Shown here: positions 28,465-38,030 of the stretch, piece after piece
Numbering within the stretch: position 1 is the first letter of the stretch
Layout of the letters: each line of letters begins with the position of its first letter
NCBI GenBank assembly: GCA_963976765.1
Contig: CAXBME010000038.1
Coordinates: forward strand, 1-57,317
Direction of reading: 5' to 3'
Length of the DNA stretch: 57,317 nt
DNA from: an uncultured Planctomycetaceae bacterium
GTDB taxonomy: Bacteria; Planctomycetota; Planctomycetia; Planctomycetales; Planctomycetaceae
The notes under the pieces: model-generated
Told to the model about the DNA's origin: nothing
The model's database searches: none
Seen by the model: only the letters and a program-made list of their open reading frames with translations
Position numbers and translations under genes: made by a program

Positions 28465-30714
28465 TTAACTGATTGAGCTGCCTTGAAGGTCTTGCAGAAA
28501 TTCGATTTCTCCCGTCGCCACGTTATACATGGCACCGACAATCATGATCCTGCCGTGCTCCACAAGGCGGTTTAGAGTTCGACTGTCTTCGCGCAACTGT
28601 TGAACAACCCGTAGTACATTTCGACGGGAGACGTCATCAATAAACGATCGCAGTTCCACCTCAGAGGATCTGTCGGCGGTGGCGCACCGCGCATGATCGA
28701 TCGACTGCTGGATTCCGGCGACGATCTGGTCCAGATGGGCGCACTCGCCCGCCATCGACGACTGATCGGGCCTGCAGCAAAGCTCCACCGCCGCCGTGAC
28801 CGCGCCACACCGCGTGTGTCCCATGACCAGAATCAGCTTGGCTCCAGCGACAGCGCAGCTGTATTCGATACTGCCGATTACGTTGCGACTCAGCACGTTG
28901 CCGGCAACCCGGACGCTGAATACGTCACCCACTCCCAGATCAAAGATCAGTTCTGCGGGCGTCCGTGAATCAATACAGCTCAATACCACAGCGAGCGGGT
29001 GTTGAGCCTCCGCAGTGGCGGCGACCTGACGTCCCAGGTCTCGCGTCAATCGTTGTCCCGATCGAAACCGGCCGTGCCCGTCCTGCAGTATCTTCAGCAC
29101 CTGATCTGGAGAGATGGCGGCCTGCAAATCGCGTGTGGAATAATCGACGTACTGTATCTGGTCATGCAATTGGTATTTCGACCGAAAGCCGGCAAGACTC
29201 ACTTCAATTCCACGCGCCGGTCCTGTGACATCTCTGAAGTCACGGATCAGATCAAGAAGATCGGGATCCACGTAGGATGATCCCGACGCATCGAGGAGTA
29301 TCTTTCCCCCGCGTTGAATCGAGTCGAACACTCGAATCAGCGCCGCCCTGTTCAGGAAACTGACCTGGCTGGCAAGCTGCACATGAAGTACATCTCCCCC
29401 GAGATGCTGTTCAACGAATCGTCGGACCGGACGGCGAATGTTATTGTGGAGAATAAAGCTGGTACTTACCGCGAGACCGAGCAGAACTCCCGTCAGCAGA
29501 TCGGTTAACACGATCGCAAAGACCGTTGCGGTAAACGGAATGAACTGATAGCGGCCTCCGTGCCACATCCGACGGACAATTCGCGGACTGACCAGCTTGA
29601 AGCCTGTCACCATCAGGATCGCTGCCAGGCACGACAATGGGATCATGTTCAACCAGTCTGGAAACAGCGACACGCTGATCAGCAGGAGTACGCCGTGAAA
29701 GATTGTCGCCAGTCGCGTTCGACCGCCGGTATCGACGTTCACTGAACTGCGAACAATCACCGACGTCACAGGAATTGCGCCGACCAGCCCGGCTGCGACA
29801 TTACCAATCCCCTGAGCTACAAGCTCGCGGTTGGGAGAAGAGTGCCGCTGCTGACGATCAAGCTTGTCGACAGCTTCGAGGTTCAACAACGTTTCCAGTG
29901 ACGCGACGACAGCGATGGTGATTGCTGCTGAATAGATTGCTGGATTCGACCAGTGCGTGAAATCCGGCAGAGTCAGGAAATCAAGGATCCCGGCTAAACT
30001 ACTGGCGACCGGAACCTGGACGAGCTGCGACTTCTGGACGATCCAGGTTCCACCTGCCCGCTGAAGCAGTTCACTCAGCGCAATCCCGACAACGACGACG
30101 ACCAGTGGCGCCGGGACGCTCGAACGCCGCAGTGGTTTCCATCGCTGCCATACGATGAGTGTCGCAAGACAGACAAATCCCACGAGCAGGGCTCCAGGAT
30201 GCACATGGTTGAACATTTCAACCAGTTCAGAAAGAGTGTTCTGATTGTCGGGTTGCCGAAAAGACATGTCACCTTCGGGGTCGGCGTCGTGCCCCAGCAG
30301 GTGCGGAATCTGTTTCAGGATGAGGATGACACCGATCGCCGAGAGCAGTCCCTTGATGACGCTGGATGGAAAAAACGCGGACAGCGAGCCCAGTCTGGAA
30401 AGACCGAGCGCAATCTGAATCACTCCGGCGACCAACACCGCCAGTAAGAATGCTTCAAAGGAACCAAGCGTTGCGATCTGTCCGGCAACAACGGCGGTGA
30501 GTCCTGCAGCAGGTCCACTGACACTGGTATGCGAGCCACTAAGGATACCGACAAGGATGCCGCCGATGATTCCAGCCAGCAGTCCGGAGAACAGCGGCGC
30601 CCCGGACGCCAGAGCCACTCCCAGACACAACGGGATGGCGACGAAAAAGACGACCACGCCCGCCAGCAGATCTGATGGCAGGGAGCCAGATGAGTTGTCG
30701 TTGCTGTCTGCCAT
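28465..30714 (-). CDS. SulP anion transporter-STAS-beta carbonic anhydrase fusion
   Basis: SulP motifs DLLAG and SVSGPAAG; STAS-like segment; beta-CA zinc motifs CIDSR and GHTRCG. Confidence 0.93.
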   Translation of the reverse strand: MADSNDNSSGSLPSDLLAGVVVFFVAIPLCLGVALASGAPLFSGLLAGIIGGILVGILSGSHTSVSGPAAGLTAVVAGQIATLGSFEAFLLAVLVAGVIQIALGLSRLGSLSAFFPSSVIKGLLSAIGVILILKQIPHLLGHDADPEGDMSFRQPDNQNTLSELVEMFNHVHPGALLVGFVCLATLIVWQRWKPLRRSSVPAPLVVVVVGIALSELLQRAGGTWIVQKSQLVQVPVASSLAGILDFLTLPDFTHWSNPAIYSAAITIAVVASLETLLNLEAVDKLDRQQRHSSPNRELVAQGIGNVAAGLVGAIPVTSVIVRSSVNVDTGGRTRLATIFHGVLLLISVSLFPDWLNMIPLSCLAAILMVTGFKLVSPRIVRRMWHGGRYQFIPFTATVFAIVLTDLLTGVLLGLAVSTSFILHNNIRRPVRRFVEQHLGGDVLHVQLASQVSFLNRAALIRVFDSIQRGGKILLDASGSSYVDPDLLDLIRDFRDVTGPARGIEVSLAGFRSKYQLHDQIQYVDYSTRDLQAAISPDQVLKILQDGHGRFRSGQRLTRDLGRQVAATAEAQHPLAVVLSCIDSRTPAELIFDLGVGDVFSVRVAGNVLSRNVIGSIEYSCAVAGAKLILVMGHTRCGAVTAAVELCCRPDQSSMAGECAHLDQIVAGIQQSIDHARCATADRSSEVELRSFIDDVSRRNVLRVVQQLREDSRTLNRLVEHGRIMIVGAMYNVATGEIEFLQDLQGSSIS

Positions 30715-32255
30715 CAGGACTCCTTTGGATTCGAAGACGTTTGCCGGAGCTGCGTCCTGCTCCCTCGATCTCGATCACCGTTCAGAACTGATTTCAAGGC
30801 AATCGGCGTGACCAGTGTAGTGACGATCACCATAACCACGATGGCGGAAAAGACAGGGCCGCTGATGACTCCAAGCCCTTTGCCAACGCTCGCGAAAATC
30901 AGCCCGACTTCACCTCGAGGAACCATCCCCCAGCCAATCGTCCAGCGGTCAACGCCACGTCCGGCGGCCAGCCCGCAAGCGAGTTTTCCAGCAATCGCCA
31001 CGATGGTGAAAATCAACGCCAGCCACAGAGTCGTCAGGTCCAGGAAGGACTGCAGGTTGACCTGCATGCCCATCAGCACAAAGAAAACCGGCGCGAAGAT
31101 GCGTTCCAGTGGAGCAACGAGATGTTCCATCGTTGACTCCGGTGCGACTCGGGCAAACTGCTCTTCGCTCAGGATCAGCCCGGCGGCAAAGGCTCCCACG
31201 ATCGGAGCCAGTTCGATCACACTGGCCACCCATGCCATCAGGAAGGCCAGCCCGAGTGGAAACAACAGCTTGATATGGTTTCGTTCCAGAGCGGCCACAA
31301 AGGGCAGCAGTCGTCGGATCAGCCGGTTGCCGAACAGCAGGACGGATCCCAGAAAGAGGCACGACAGCAGTGAGATCCGGCCAATTTCCAATGCCTCAAT
31401 GTTCCCGCTGGAGGCGACACCAACCACGACCGCCAGCAGGATCAGGCCGAGCACGTCATCAATGACTGCCGCGCCGAGAATCACTCGGGCTTCCCGCGTC
31501 TGCATTTTTCCCAGATCGCGAAACACGCGCGCCGTAATGCCAACGCTGGTGGCACACAAAGTCGCTGCAAGAAACAAATGAACGGGCTGGCCCGCGTCAG
31601 GCATCAGCCAGCTCGCAATCACCATGCCCATCGCGAACGGCGTGACAACACCGACCACTGCCACGCAGAACGCGCGGCCACCAACGCGCATCATTTCCTC
31701 AATCTGAGTCTCCAGGCCGACCATTAACAGCAGTAGAATGACACCGAGTTCAGAAAACAGCCACAGGGCGAATCCCATCGCCACACGCTGTGGCCCATCG
31801 GCTCCCGTCATGATTCCGATCATTTGCCCGGCTGTGCCACCCGCGGAGAGTTCTTCAGCAGTGAAGACACCCTTTGCGGCGTCGGACACCGACTGACCGG
31901 TGAGCCACACTTCAGCGAACAGTGGCATGGCCTCGCCCAGATGCATGACCATGACAAACAGTGGGATTCCCAGCCACAGGCCAACGTTGCCAGCTACGAC
32001 GCCGATTAACAGTTCACCCAGAACCGCTGACTGGCGATATCGTTCTGCCAGCCAGCGTCCCACCATCGCCACCCCGATGATGACAGCCAGCTCAAGCAGG
32101 ACCGGAGCGAACGGAATCTCGTGGCCGGTTTCGGAATGAGCTTCGGCGGGCAGCGTTGTCGCAGGTCCTGCCTCCGGGAGTGTCTCCGCAGCGGTCTGTG
32201 CAACACCTGGCAATGGCACAAGCAGCAGGAGAACGAATAAGGCAGTGCAAACCAC
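30714..32255 (-). CDS. Cation:proton antiporter (CPA2/NapA-like); start uncertain
   Basis: ATSVGITARV, GAAVIDDVLG, GAFAAG, GMVPRGEV; TGATG overlap with the SulP gene. Confidence 0.88.
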   Translation of the reverse strand: MVCTALFVLLLLVPLPGVAQTAAETLPEAGPATTLPAEAHSETGHEIPFAPVLLELAVIIGVAMVGRWLAERYRQSAVLGELLIGVVAGNVGLWLGIPLFVMVMHLGEAMPLFAEVWLTGQSVSDAAKGVFTAEELSAGGTAGQMIGIMTGADGPQRVAMGFALWLFSELGVILLLLMVGLETQIEEMMRVGGRAFCVAVVGVVTPFAMGMVIASWLMPDAGQPVHLFLAATLCATSVGITARVFRDLGKMQTREARVILGAAVIDDVLGLILLAVVVGVASSGNIEALEIGRISLLSCLFLGSVLLFGNRLIRRLLPFVAALERNHIKLLFPLGLAFLMAWVASVIELAPIVGAFAAGLILSEEQFARVAPESTMEHLVAPLERIFAPVFFVLMGMQVNLQSFLDLTTLWLALIFTIVAIAGKLACGLAAGRGVDRWTIGWGMVPRGEVGLIFASVGKGLGVISGPVFSAIVVMVIVTTLVTPIALKSVLNGDRDRGSRTQLRQTSSNPKES

Positions 32256-32320
32256 CTGCCACGCAACTCCCGGACAGTGTGCCGCGACGCGAACACTCGG
32301 GAGAGTTGAATGGCTGGTAC

Positions 32321-32557
32321 TCAGTGATGCTTCAGCGCGACGACGAACACGAATATTCCGCCGCCCGCGATCACGGTCAGTACGATGGCGCCGGCGACGT
32401 TCGGATACTTGATCACGTCTGCGATGTAGGGGGTCAACAGGGCTCCGTAGGCCAGAACGAACAGGATGCACCATTTCCACCGCTGCGCCGTTGTCAGACG
32501 TTTCTGACTCGATGTTTCGGGCCGCCGGTTCTTCTTTCGCTTTGTTCGCCTGGTCAT
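32321..32557 (-). CDS. Small two-TM membrane protein
   Basis: Basic N-terminus followed by two hydrophobic helices; fills the gap within the operon. Confidence 0.55.
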   Translation of the reverse strand: MTRRTKRKKNRRPETSSQKRLTTAQRWKWCILFVLAYGALLTPYIADVIKYPNVAGAIVLTVIAGGGIFVFVVALKHH

Positions 32558-32585
32558 GCATCACCGGTTCAAGTCCATTCTCGAT

Positions 32586-32876
32586 TCAGGCGGCTCGCTT
32601 CAATGTGCCGGTTTCGACTGTGCGACGGACCTCGTCCTCGATCGCTTCACATTCCCTGCCGGGATGGTCGCTGAGACGATCAGTCGTGATCGCCGAGGAA
32701 CCAGTGAGCAGTTCTCTCCCACCCATCGCGCCGTAGAAAACGGCCACAACGAGCAAGGCATCGAGTGTCGTTGTCTGTGGTGCAAACACATTGACGATCG
32801 CTCCCGGCACGCCGACCAACAGCCCGGCAACCGCCATACCGAAACACAATCGCGCACTATCATTCAGTTTCGGCAT
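32586..32876 (-). CDS. Small two-TM membrane protein
   Basis: Overlaps the end of czcA, RBS GGAGGAG, two hydrophobic segments. Confidence 0.6.
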   Translation of the reverse strand: MPKLNDSARLCFGMAVAGLLVGVPGAIVNVFAPQTTTLDALLVVAVFYGAMGGRELLTGSSAITTDRLSDHPGRECEAIEDEVRRTVETGTLKRAA

Positions 32877-35800
32877 CGGACTCCTCCTGCGGTTCGAACC
32901 AGTGGTAGATGGCGGGCAGGACGATGAGCGTCAGGAGGCTTGATGTCAGAACGCCTCCGATGACGACCGTGGCCAGTGGTCGCTGCACTTCCGCTCCCGA
33001 ACTGGTGGAAAGAGCCATTGGGATGAAGCCCAGCGCGTCTGTCGTGGCGGTCATCAGAACGGGACGCAGGCGATCGATGGCGCCTTGATACACTGCCTCC
33101 TGCACGCTTTGCCCCGAATGCCGCAGGTGGCGGACGTGTTCGATCAGCACGACGCCGTTCATCACGGCGATGCCGAACAGGGCGATGAAGCCGACGCCGG
33201 CAGAAATGGAAAACGGCATGTCGCGCACCCACAGCGCGAGGATGCCGCCGGTCGTGGCGATGGGCACGTTCAAAAAGATCAACGCCGCCAGCTTGCCCGA
33301 GTTGAACGTGATGTAGAGCAGCGACACGATCAGGAACAACGCCAGCGGAACGGCGATCAGCAATCGTCCGGTCGCGTCCTGCAGGTTCTTGAACTGACCA
33401 CCCCATTCGACTCGGTAACCCGGCGGAAGATCGACCTGAGTGTCCACTGCTTTCTGTGCGGCGGCCACGAAACCCGCCAGATCGCGACCGCGAACGTTGA
33501 CCTGCACCAGAAACCGCCGGCGAATCTGGTCGCGACTGATCTGAGCAACTCCGGGCCCGACGGTGATATCGGCGAGTTGTTCGAGCGGAATCTGTCGACC
33601 AGTCGGGTCGGCGATGCGGAGCTGCTTCAGAGTCTCGACGTCTTCCCGGTAACGCGGTGCGAGTCGAACCTGTAGTGGAAAGCGCCGCTGCCCTTCAAAC
33701 ACCTGCCCGACCTCGCGGCCACCAATTGTAGAAACCGCATCCAGGACATCCGCGGCGTTGATGCCGTACCGCGCAATCTGATCACGACGGATCACTACCT
33801 GGACGTAAGGCAGGCCCCCGGTCTGTTCGGCCTGCACATCGGCCGCGCCCGGCACCTGCCCGACGACGGCGGCGATCTGATTACCGAAGTCCTTGAGTTT
33901 CTCAAGGTCATCTCCATACAGGCTGATTCCGATATCGCTGCGGACGCCGGAAATCAGCTCCTGCACCCGTAGTTCAATCGGTTGCGTGAAACTGAAATTG
34001 TTGCCGGGAATCGTCTCGTCGAGTTTCTCCTTGATGGCGTCAATCAGTTCCTGCTTGCTGTTGAATCTCCAGCCGTCGGACGGTTTGAGGATCACAAAGA
34101 TGTCGCTGGCTTCGACACCCATCGGGTCGGTTGCGATTTCCGGGCGACCCGTCTTCGAGATCACCGAGGCCACCTCGTCCGGAAAGTTTTCCACTAACTG
34201 CTTCTCGATCGAAGTTGTCATTTCGATCGAACGTTCCAGCGAGACGCTCGGCAAACGAATCGCCTGGACGGCCATGTCGCCTTCATCCAGTTTCGGCACG
34301 AACTCGGCTCCGAAACCGCTGGCGATCAGCACGCTGATACCGAACGCCACCAGAGCACCTGTGAAGACACCGACAGGGTGCGCAATCGCGCGTCGCAGCA
34401 GGGGTTCGTACCCCTTTTTGCACCAGCGGATCAGCAGCGCATCCTTCTCACTGAACTTGCGGGCCAGAAACAGCGACACCATGACGGGGATGACTGTCAG
34501 TGCCAGAATCAGGGCTCCGACCAGAGCCGACATGAAGGAGAACGCCATCGGGCCGAACATTTTGCCTTCGATCCCCTGCAGCGTGAGGATCGGCAGGAAC
34601 ACGATGATCACGATCGACCCGGCAAACAGGATCGGCCGTGCGACTTCGTGTCCGGCCGCGCGAAAGACATCGAGTCCGGCGCGCTTCAGATCGGGATTGT
34701 TCCGTTTGGCCTGAGTGGTATGGCGAATCGCGTTTTCGACCATCACGACCGCGCCGTCCACGATGATGCCGAAGTCCAGAGCGCCGAGACTCATCAGATT
34801 CGCCGAGACGTTAAACACTTTCATGGCGATGAACGTGAACAACGCCGACAGTGGAATCGCCGAGGCCACGATCAGTCCGGCCCGCAAATCGCCGACCAGT
34901 AGAAACAGCATGATGATGACCAGGATCGCTCCGCCGCTGATGTTTTCCTCGACGGTAGCGATCGCGCGTCGAACGAGATCGGTGCGGTCATAGAATGCCT
35001 CGACGTAGACGCCCTCAGGCAGCGATTTCTCGATCTCAGCGACTCGTTGCTTCACCCGGTCGACGACGACGCGGGAGTTCTCGCCAATCAGCATCATGAC
35101 GATGCCGACGACCGCCTCGCCCCGGCCATCGCGAGTGACGTACCCCTGTCGCAGCATCGGAGCAAAGCGAACTTCACCAACGTCGCGCACGTAAACCGGC
35201 GTGCCGTCCTCTCGCGCATCAAGCACAATGTTTGCAATGTCGTCGAGTGACTGAACCAGTCCCTGGCCGCGGATGAGCTGCTGCTCCTCGTGTCGGACGA
35301 TATAGCCGCCACCGGCGTTCGAGTTGTTCCGCTGGATCGCGTCGAACAGGTCGCTGAGTGACACGCCGTAATTGAGCAGCGAGTTCGGATTGATCTGCAC
35401 CTCGTACGTCTTCAACTCACCGCCAAACGAGTTGACCTCAATGACTCCCGGAACACTCCGTAATTGAAACGCGATGTCCCAGTCGAGAATGGTGCGCAGG
35501 TCCTGCAGACTGTAGTCGTAGCCCGGTTTCGCCCGGACTTCGAACTGGTAAATCTCACCCATTCCCGTCGCGATGGGACCCATTGTTGGCGAGCCCAGCT
35601 CAGGCGGAATCTCGGCCCGTGCGTCGACCAGTCGCTCACTCACCAGTTGTCGCGCCCAGTAGATATCGGTGCCTTCTTCGAAGACGACCGTCACGTTCGA
35701 GAGTCCGAAGCGCGTCACGCTGCGAATCTCTTCGACACGCGGAATGCCGCTCATCGCCGTCTCGACGGGAAACGTGATGAACTGTTCCATTTCGACCGGA

Positions 35801-35970
35801 CCAAGCGACGGAGACGTCGTCAGTACCTGAACCTGCACGTTGGTCAGATCGGGCACGGCATCAACCGGCAGTTTCACCATCGCCATCACCCCGCCAGCGA
35901 CCAGCAGGATGACCAGCAGCAGGACGACGAAGCGGTTGTTGAGAGAAATGTCGATGATTTTGTTAATCAT
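32860..35970 (-). CDS. czcA: CzcA/CusA-family heavy-metal RND permease
   Basis: DAVPDLTNVQVQV, DFGIIVDGAVVMVEN, RLRPVLMTA, EVQRPLATVVIGG. Confidence 0.95.
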   Translation of the reverse strand: MINKIIDISLNNRFVVLLLVILLVAGGVMAMVKLPVDAVPDLTNVQVQVLTTSPSLGPVEMEQFITFPVETAMSGIPRVEEIRSVTRFGLSNVTVVFEEGTDIYWARQLVSERLVDARAEIPPELGSPTMGPIATGMGEIYQFEVRAKPGYDYSLQDLRTILDWDIAFQLRSVPGVIEVNSFGGELKTYEVQINPNSLLNYGVSLSDLFDAIQRNNSNAGGGYIVRHEEQQLIRGQGLVQSLDDIANIVLDAREDGTPVYVRDVGEVRFAPMLRQGYVTRDGRGEAVVGIVMMLIGENSRVVVDRVKQRVAEIEKSLPEGVYVEAFYDRTDLVRRAIATVEENISGGAILVIIMLFLLVGDLRAGLIVASAIPLSALFTFIAMKVFNVSANLMSLGALDFGIIVDGAVVMVENAIRHTTQAKRNNPDLKRAGLDVFRAAGHEVARPILFAGSIVIIVFLPILTLQGIEGKMFGPMAFSFMSALVGALILALTVIPVMVSLFLARKFSEKDALLIRWCKKGYEPLLRRAIAHPVGVFTGALVAFGISVLIASGFGAEFVPKLDEGDMAVQAIRLPSVSLERSIEMTTSIEKQLVENFPDEVASVISKTGRPEIATDPMGVEASDIFVILKPSDGWRFNSKQELIDAIKEKLDETIPGNNFSFTQPIELRVQELISGVRSDIGISLYGDDLEKLKDFGNQIAAVVGQVPGAADVQAEQTGGLPYVQVVIRRDQIARYGINAADVLDAVSTIGGREVGQVFEGQRRFPLQVRLAPRYREDVETLKQLRIADPTGRQIPLEQLADITVGPGVAQISRDQIRRRFLVQVNVRGRDLAGFVAAAQKAVDTQVDLPPGYRVEWGGQFKNLQDATGRLLIAVPLALFLIVSLLYITFNSGKLAALIFLNVPIATTGGILALWVRDMPFSISAGVGFIALFGIAVMNGVVLIEHVRHLRHSGQSVQEAVYQGAIDRLRPVLMTATTDALGFIPMALSTSSGAEVQRPLATVVIGGVLTSSLLTLIVLPAIYHWFEPQEESDAETE

Positions 35971-35971
35971 G

Positions 35972-36130
35972 GTTGAGTCCAGTCTTCAGAGTTGAGGGCT
36001 CAGAGCTGAGAAGTTCGAAGGCGGGGCGAACAGAACAGAAGCAGAAGGAGAACCCAATCCTGCTGCTACTGACGCCCTCTGTTTCCATCCCTGCCTGTGA
36101 ACTCCGACCACTCTCAGCTCTGGCCCTTTC
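35972..36130. repeat. Family B palindromic element enclosing a degenerate family A unit
   Basis: GAGTTGAGGGCTCAGAGCTGAG ... CTCTCAGCTCTGGCCC, with GAACAGAACAGAAG...CTCTGTTTCC inside. Confidence 0.5.
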
Positions 36131-36131
36131 T

Positions 36132-37664
36132 CTAATGTCCATGCGAAATCTGTCCCTTCATTAACTCCGATTTCAGCGAGAAACCGCCGTCAACGACGAC
36201 CTTCTCTCCCGGATTGAGACCCGTGCGAATCTGCACCGTGCCATTGCTGGTGGCTCCGAGCGTGACCTTGCGCCGCTCGAACTCGTCTCCTGCTTTATGC
36301 ACAAAGACGAACGTCTCATTTTCCGCGGACTGCACGGCTGATGCAGCGATGACGAGCACATCACTGATGGTGTCGCCCGGCAACTGCACTTCGACGAACA
36401 TGCCCGGTTTCAGATGCCGCTTCGGGTTGTCCAGCACGGCCCGCAGCCGCATGGTTCGAGTCTGCTCATCAAGGACGTCGCCTTTGTAAAAGATGCGGGC
36501 CTCGTGTGTGTGGCCGTCGTCGATGTCCGTCAGCAGCGGCGCCCGAAAATGCAGTGTGTCGCCAAGCTGACTGAGTTTCGGCAGGTCTTTCTGGTAGAGG
36601 TCGGCCTGTATCCACACGCTGGACAGGTCCGCAATCTGAAACATCTCGGTATCGGGGCCGACTCGTTCCGCGAGCACGACGTTTTTCGACAGCACTGTCC
36701 CGTCGAACGGCGCGCGGAGTTCATAGTGAGAAATGTTTTCGCCTTCCGCCTCAGGATCAATCTTTACCAGATCGTCTTCGTGGTAACCCAGGATGAAGAG
36801 CTGCGCTTTCGCGACGGCGACGGCCTGCTGAGTCTGCCGCAACGTCTGTTCGGCGAGCAGTGCTTCACGCGGCGCTTCGAACTTCAACTGTTCGAGCAGC
36901 GACCGGAACGTCGCCCCGTCAGCCTCGAACGCCGCCTGAGCTGCCAGAACATCCTTGCCCGCCGTGACTCCCTTTTCGGCCAGTGGTTTCAGGCGTTCGA
37001 AATCAGCACGCGACTTGTGCAGGCTGGCGAACGCCGTCAGCAACTGACCGCGATAATCTCCCATCGGCTTGTCTCGAAACTCCGCATCGATCTCGGTGAT
37101 GACAGCTCCCTGGGAAAGCGAGGCGATCAGTTCCAGCGTGTTCGTGCTGACGCTCTGCTGCCAGTCGTGATTGACCTGAGCGACCTCGGCATTCAGTCGA
37201 CTGCGATGCAGGTCCAGCTTGGCTGTTCCCACTTCGCGGCTGTCGATGACTGCCAGCGGTTGATCTTTCTTAACATCGTCACCGAACTGGACCGGCACCT
37301 CATGCACTCGACCGTCCACCAGCGAGTAGATGTGGGCGACCCGGTCCTCGTTGAGCGTCACCTTGCCCGTGACCCATGTGTTCTGTGCCAGCGAGCCACG
37401 GCTGACTTCCTTAATGCGAATCCCCGCAGCCTCCCATTTGGATTTCGGCAGGGCCACGACGGTCGATTCGCTTTCACCGCCGTGATCTCCTTCCTCTTCG
37501 TGGTCAGCATCGCCCTGTGAGACAGTTCCGCCGGGTGAGGCGCTCGATGAGTCGACGAGATACATGATGCCGGCACCGGCGCAGGCAGCCGCAAGACAGC
37601 AGACGGTCAGGGTCACGAGCCAGCGCCGGTTGAGCGGCTCGTGCTTCGTTGTGGAAGTATTCAT
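36132..37664 (-). CDS. czcB: RND periplasmic adaptor (CzcB-like)
   Basis: N-terminal anchor, acidic/His linker, ELRAPFDGTV, IADLSSVWI, LKPGMFV; ends ISHGH. Confidence 0.92.
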   Translation of the reverse strand: MNTSTTKHEPLNRRWLVTLTVCCLAAACAGAGIMYLVDSSSASPGGTVSQGDADHEEEGDHGGESESTVVALPKSKWEAAGIRIKEVSRGSLAQNTWVTGKVTLNEDRVAHIYSLVDGRVHEVPVQFGDDVKKDQPLAVIDSREVGTAKLDLHRSRLNAEVAQVNHDWQQSVSTNTLELIASLSQGAVITEIDAEFRDKPMGDYRGQLLTAFASLHKSRADFERLKPLAEKGVTAGKDVLAAQAAFEADGATFRSLLEQLKFEAPREALLAEQTLRQTQQAVAVAKAQLFILGYHEDDLVKIDPEAEGENISHYELRAPFDGTVLSKNVVLAERVGPDTEMFQIADLSSVWIQADLYQKDLPKLSQLGDTLHFRAPLLTDIDDGHTHEARIFYKGDVLDEQTRTMRLRAVLDNPKRHLKPGMFVEVQLPGDTISDVLVIAASAVQSAENETFVFVHKAGDEFERRKVTLGATSNGTVQIRTGLNPGEKVVVDGGFSLKSELMKGQISHGH

Positions 37665-37724
37665 GATGTCACCTTTCTCATGTCGTGCCGATGCCAGAGC
37701 GTGAGATTCATGTCACTGTTTTGC

Positions 37725-38030
37725 TCAGTCCGACGCGTTGTCCGAGCTGTATCCGCCACGCCCCACCGCTCCGCAGCGACGGCAGCGTGACGTCGCCGCA
37801 TCAAAATCGTGCGTCCTGGTGGTTTGCGTCCCGTCACAACGCCCACACGCTCGCGAACGCTGACATTCACCAGTCTTCTCATGATCCCATTCGCCCCAGT
37901 CATGGTGGATTTCATGTCGCACTTCTCCACAGCGAATACAGTGACTTGTTCGTACGCAGCCATCGTCGGTCTCCCAGGTCCAGTCACTCCATTGATGCGG
38001 ACGCAGCAGACACATCAGTCGTGCGAGCAT
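37725..38030 (-). CDS. Small protein with three His/Cys zinc-ribbon-like repeats
   Basis: RBS GGAGG; HQW..C..CIRCG, HDW..C..CGRCD, HDF..CRRCG. Overlaps the last 47 nt of the PP2C gene. Confidence 0.75.
   Translation of the reverse strand: MLARLMCLLRPHQWSDWTWETDDGCVRTSHCIRCGEVRHEIHHDWGEWDHEKTGECQRSRACGRCDGTQTTRTHDFDAATSRCRRCGAVGRGGYSSDNASD

Noticed and set aside
32256..32564. N-terminal 100-aa extension of the antiporter ORF
   Set aside because: Arg-rich, non-protein-like sequence that overlaps the more plausible two-TM ORF 32321-32557.
37661..37987. 108-aa ORF with neat GTGA/ATGA overlaps at both ends
   Set aside because: The product is featureless, whereas the overlapping frame 37725-38030 has a GGAGG RBS and a periodic Cys/His motif.
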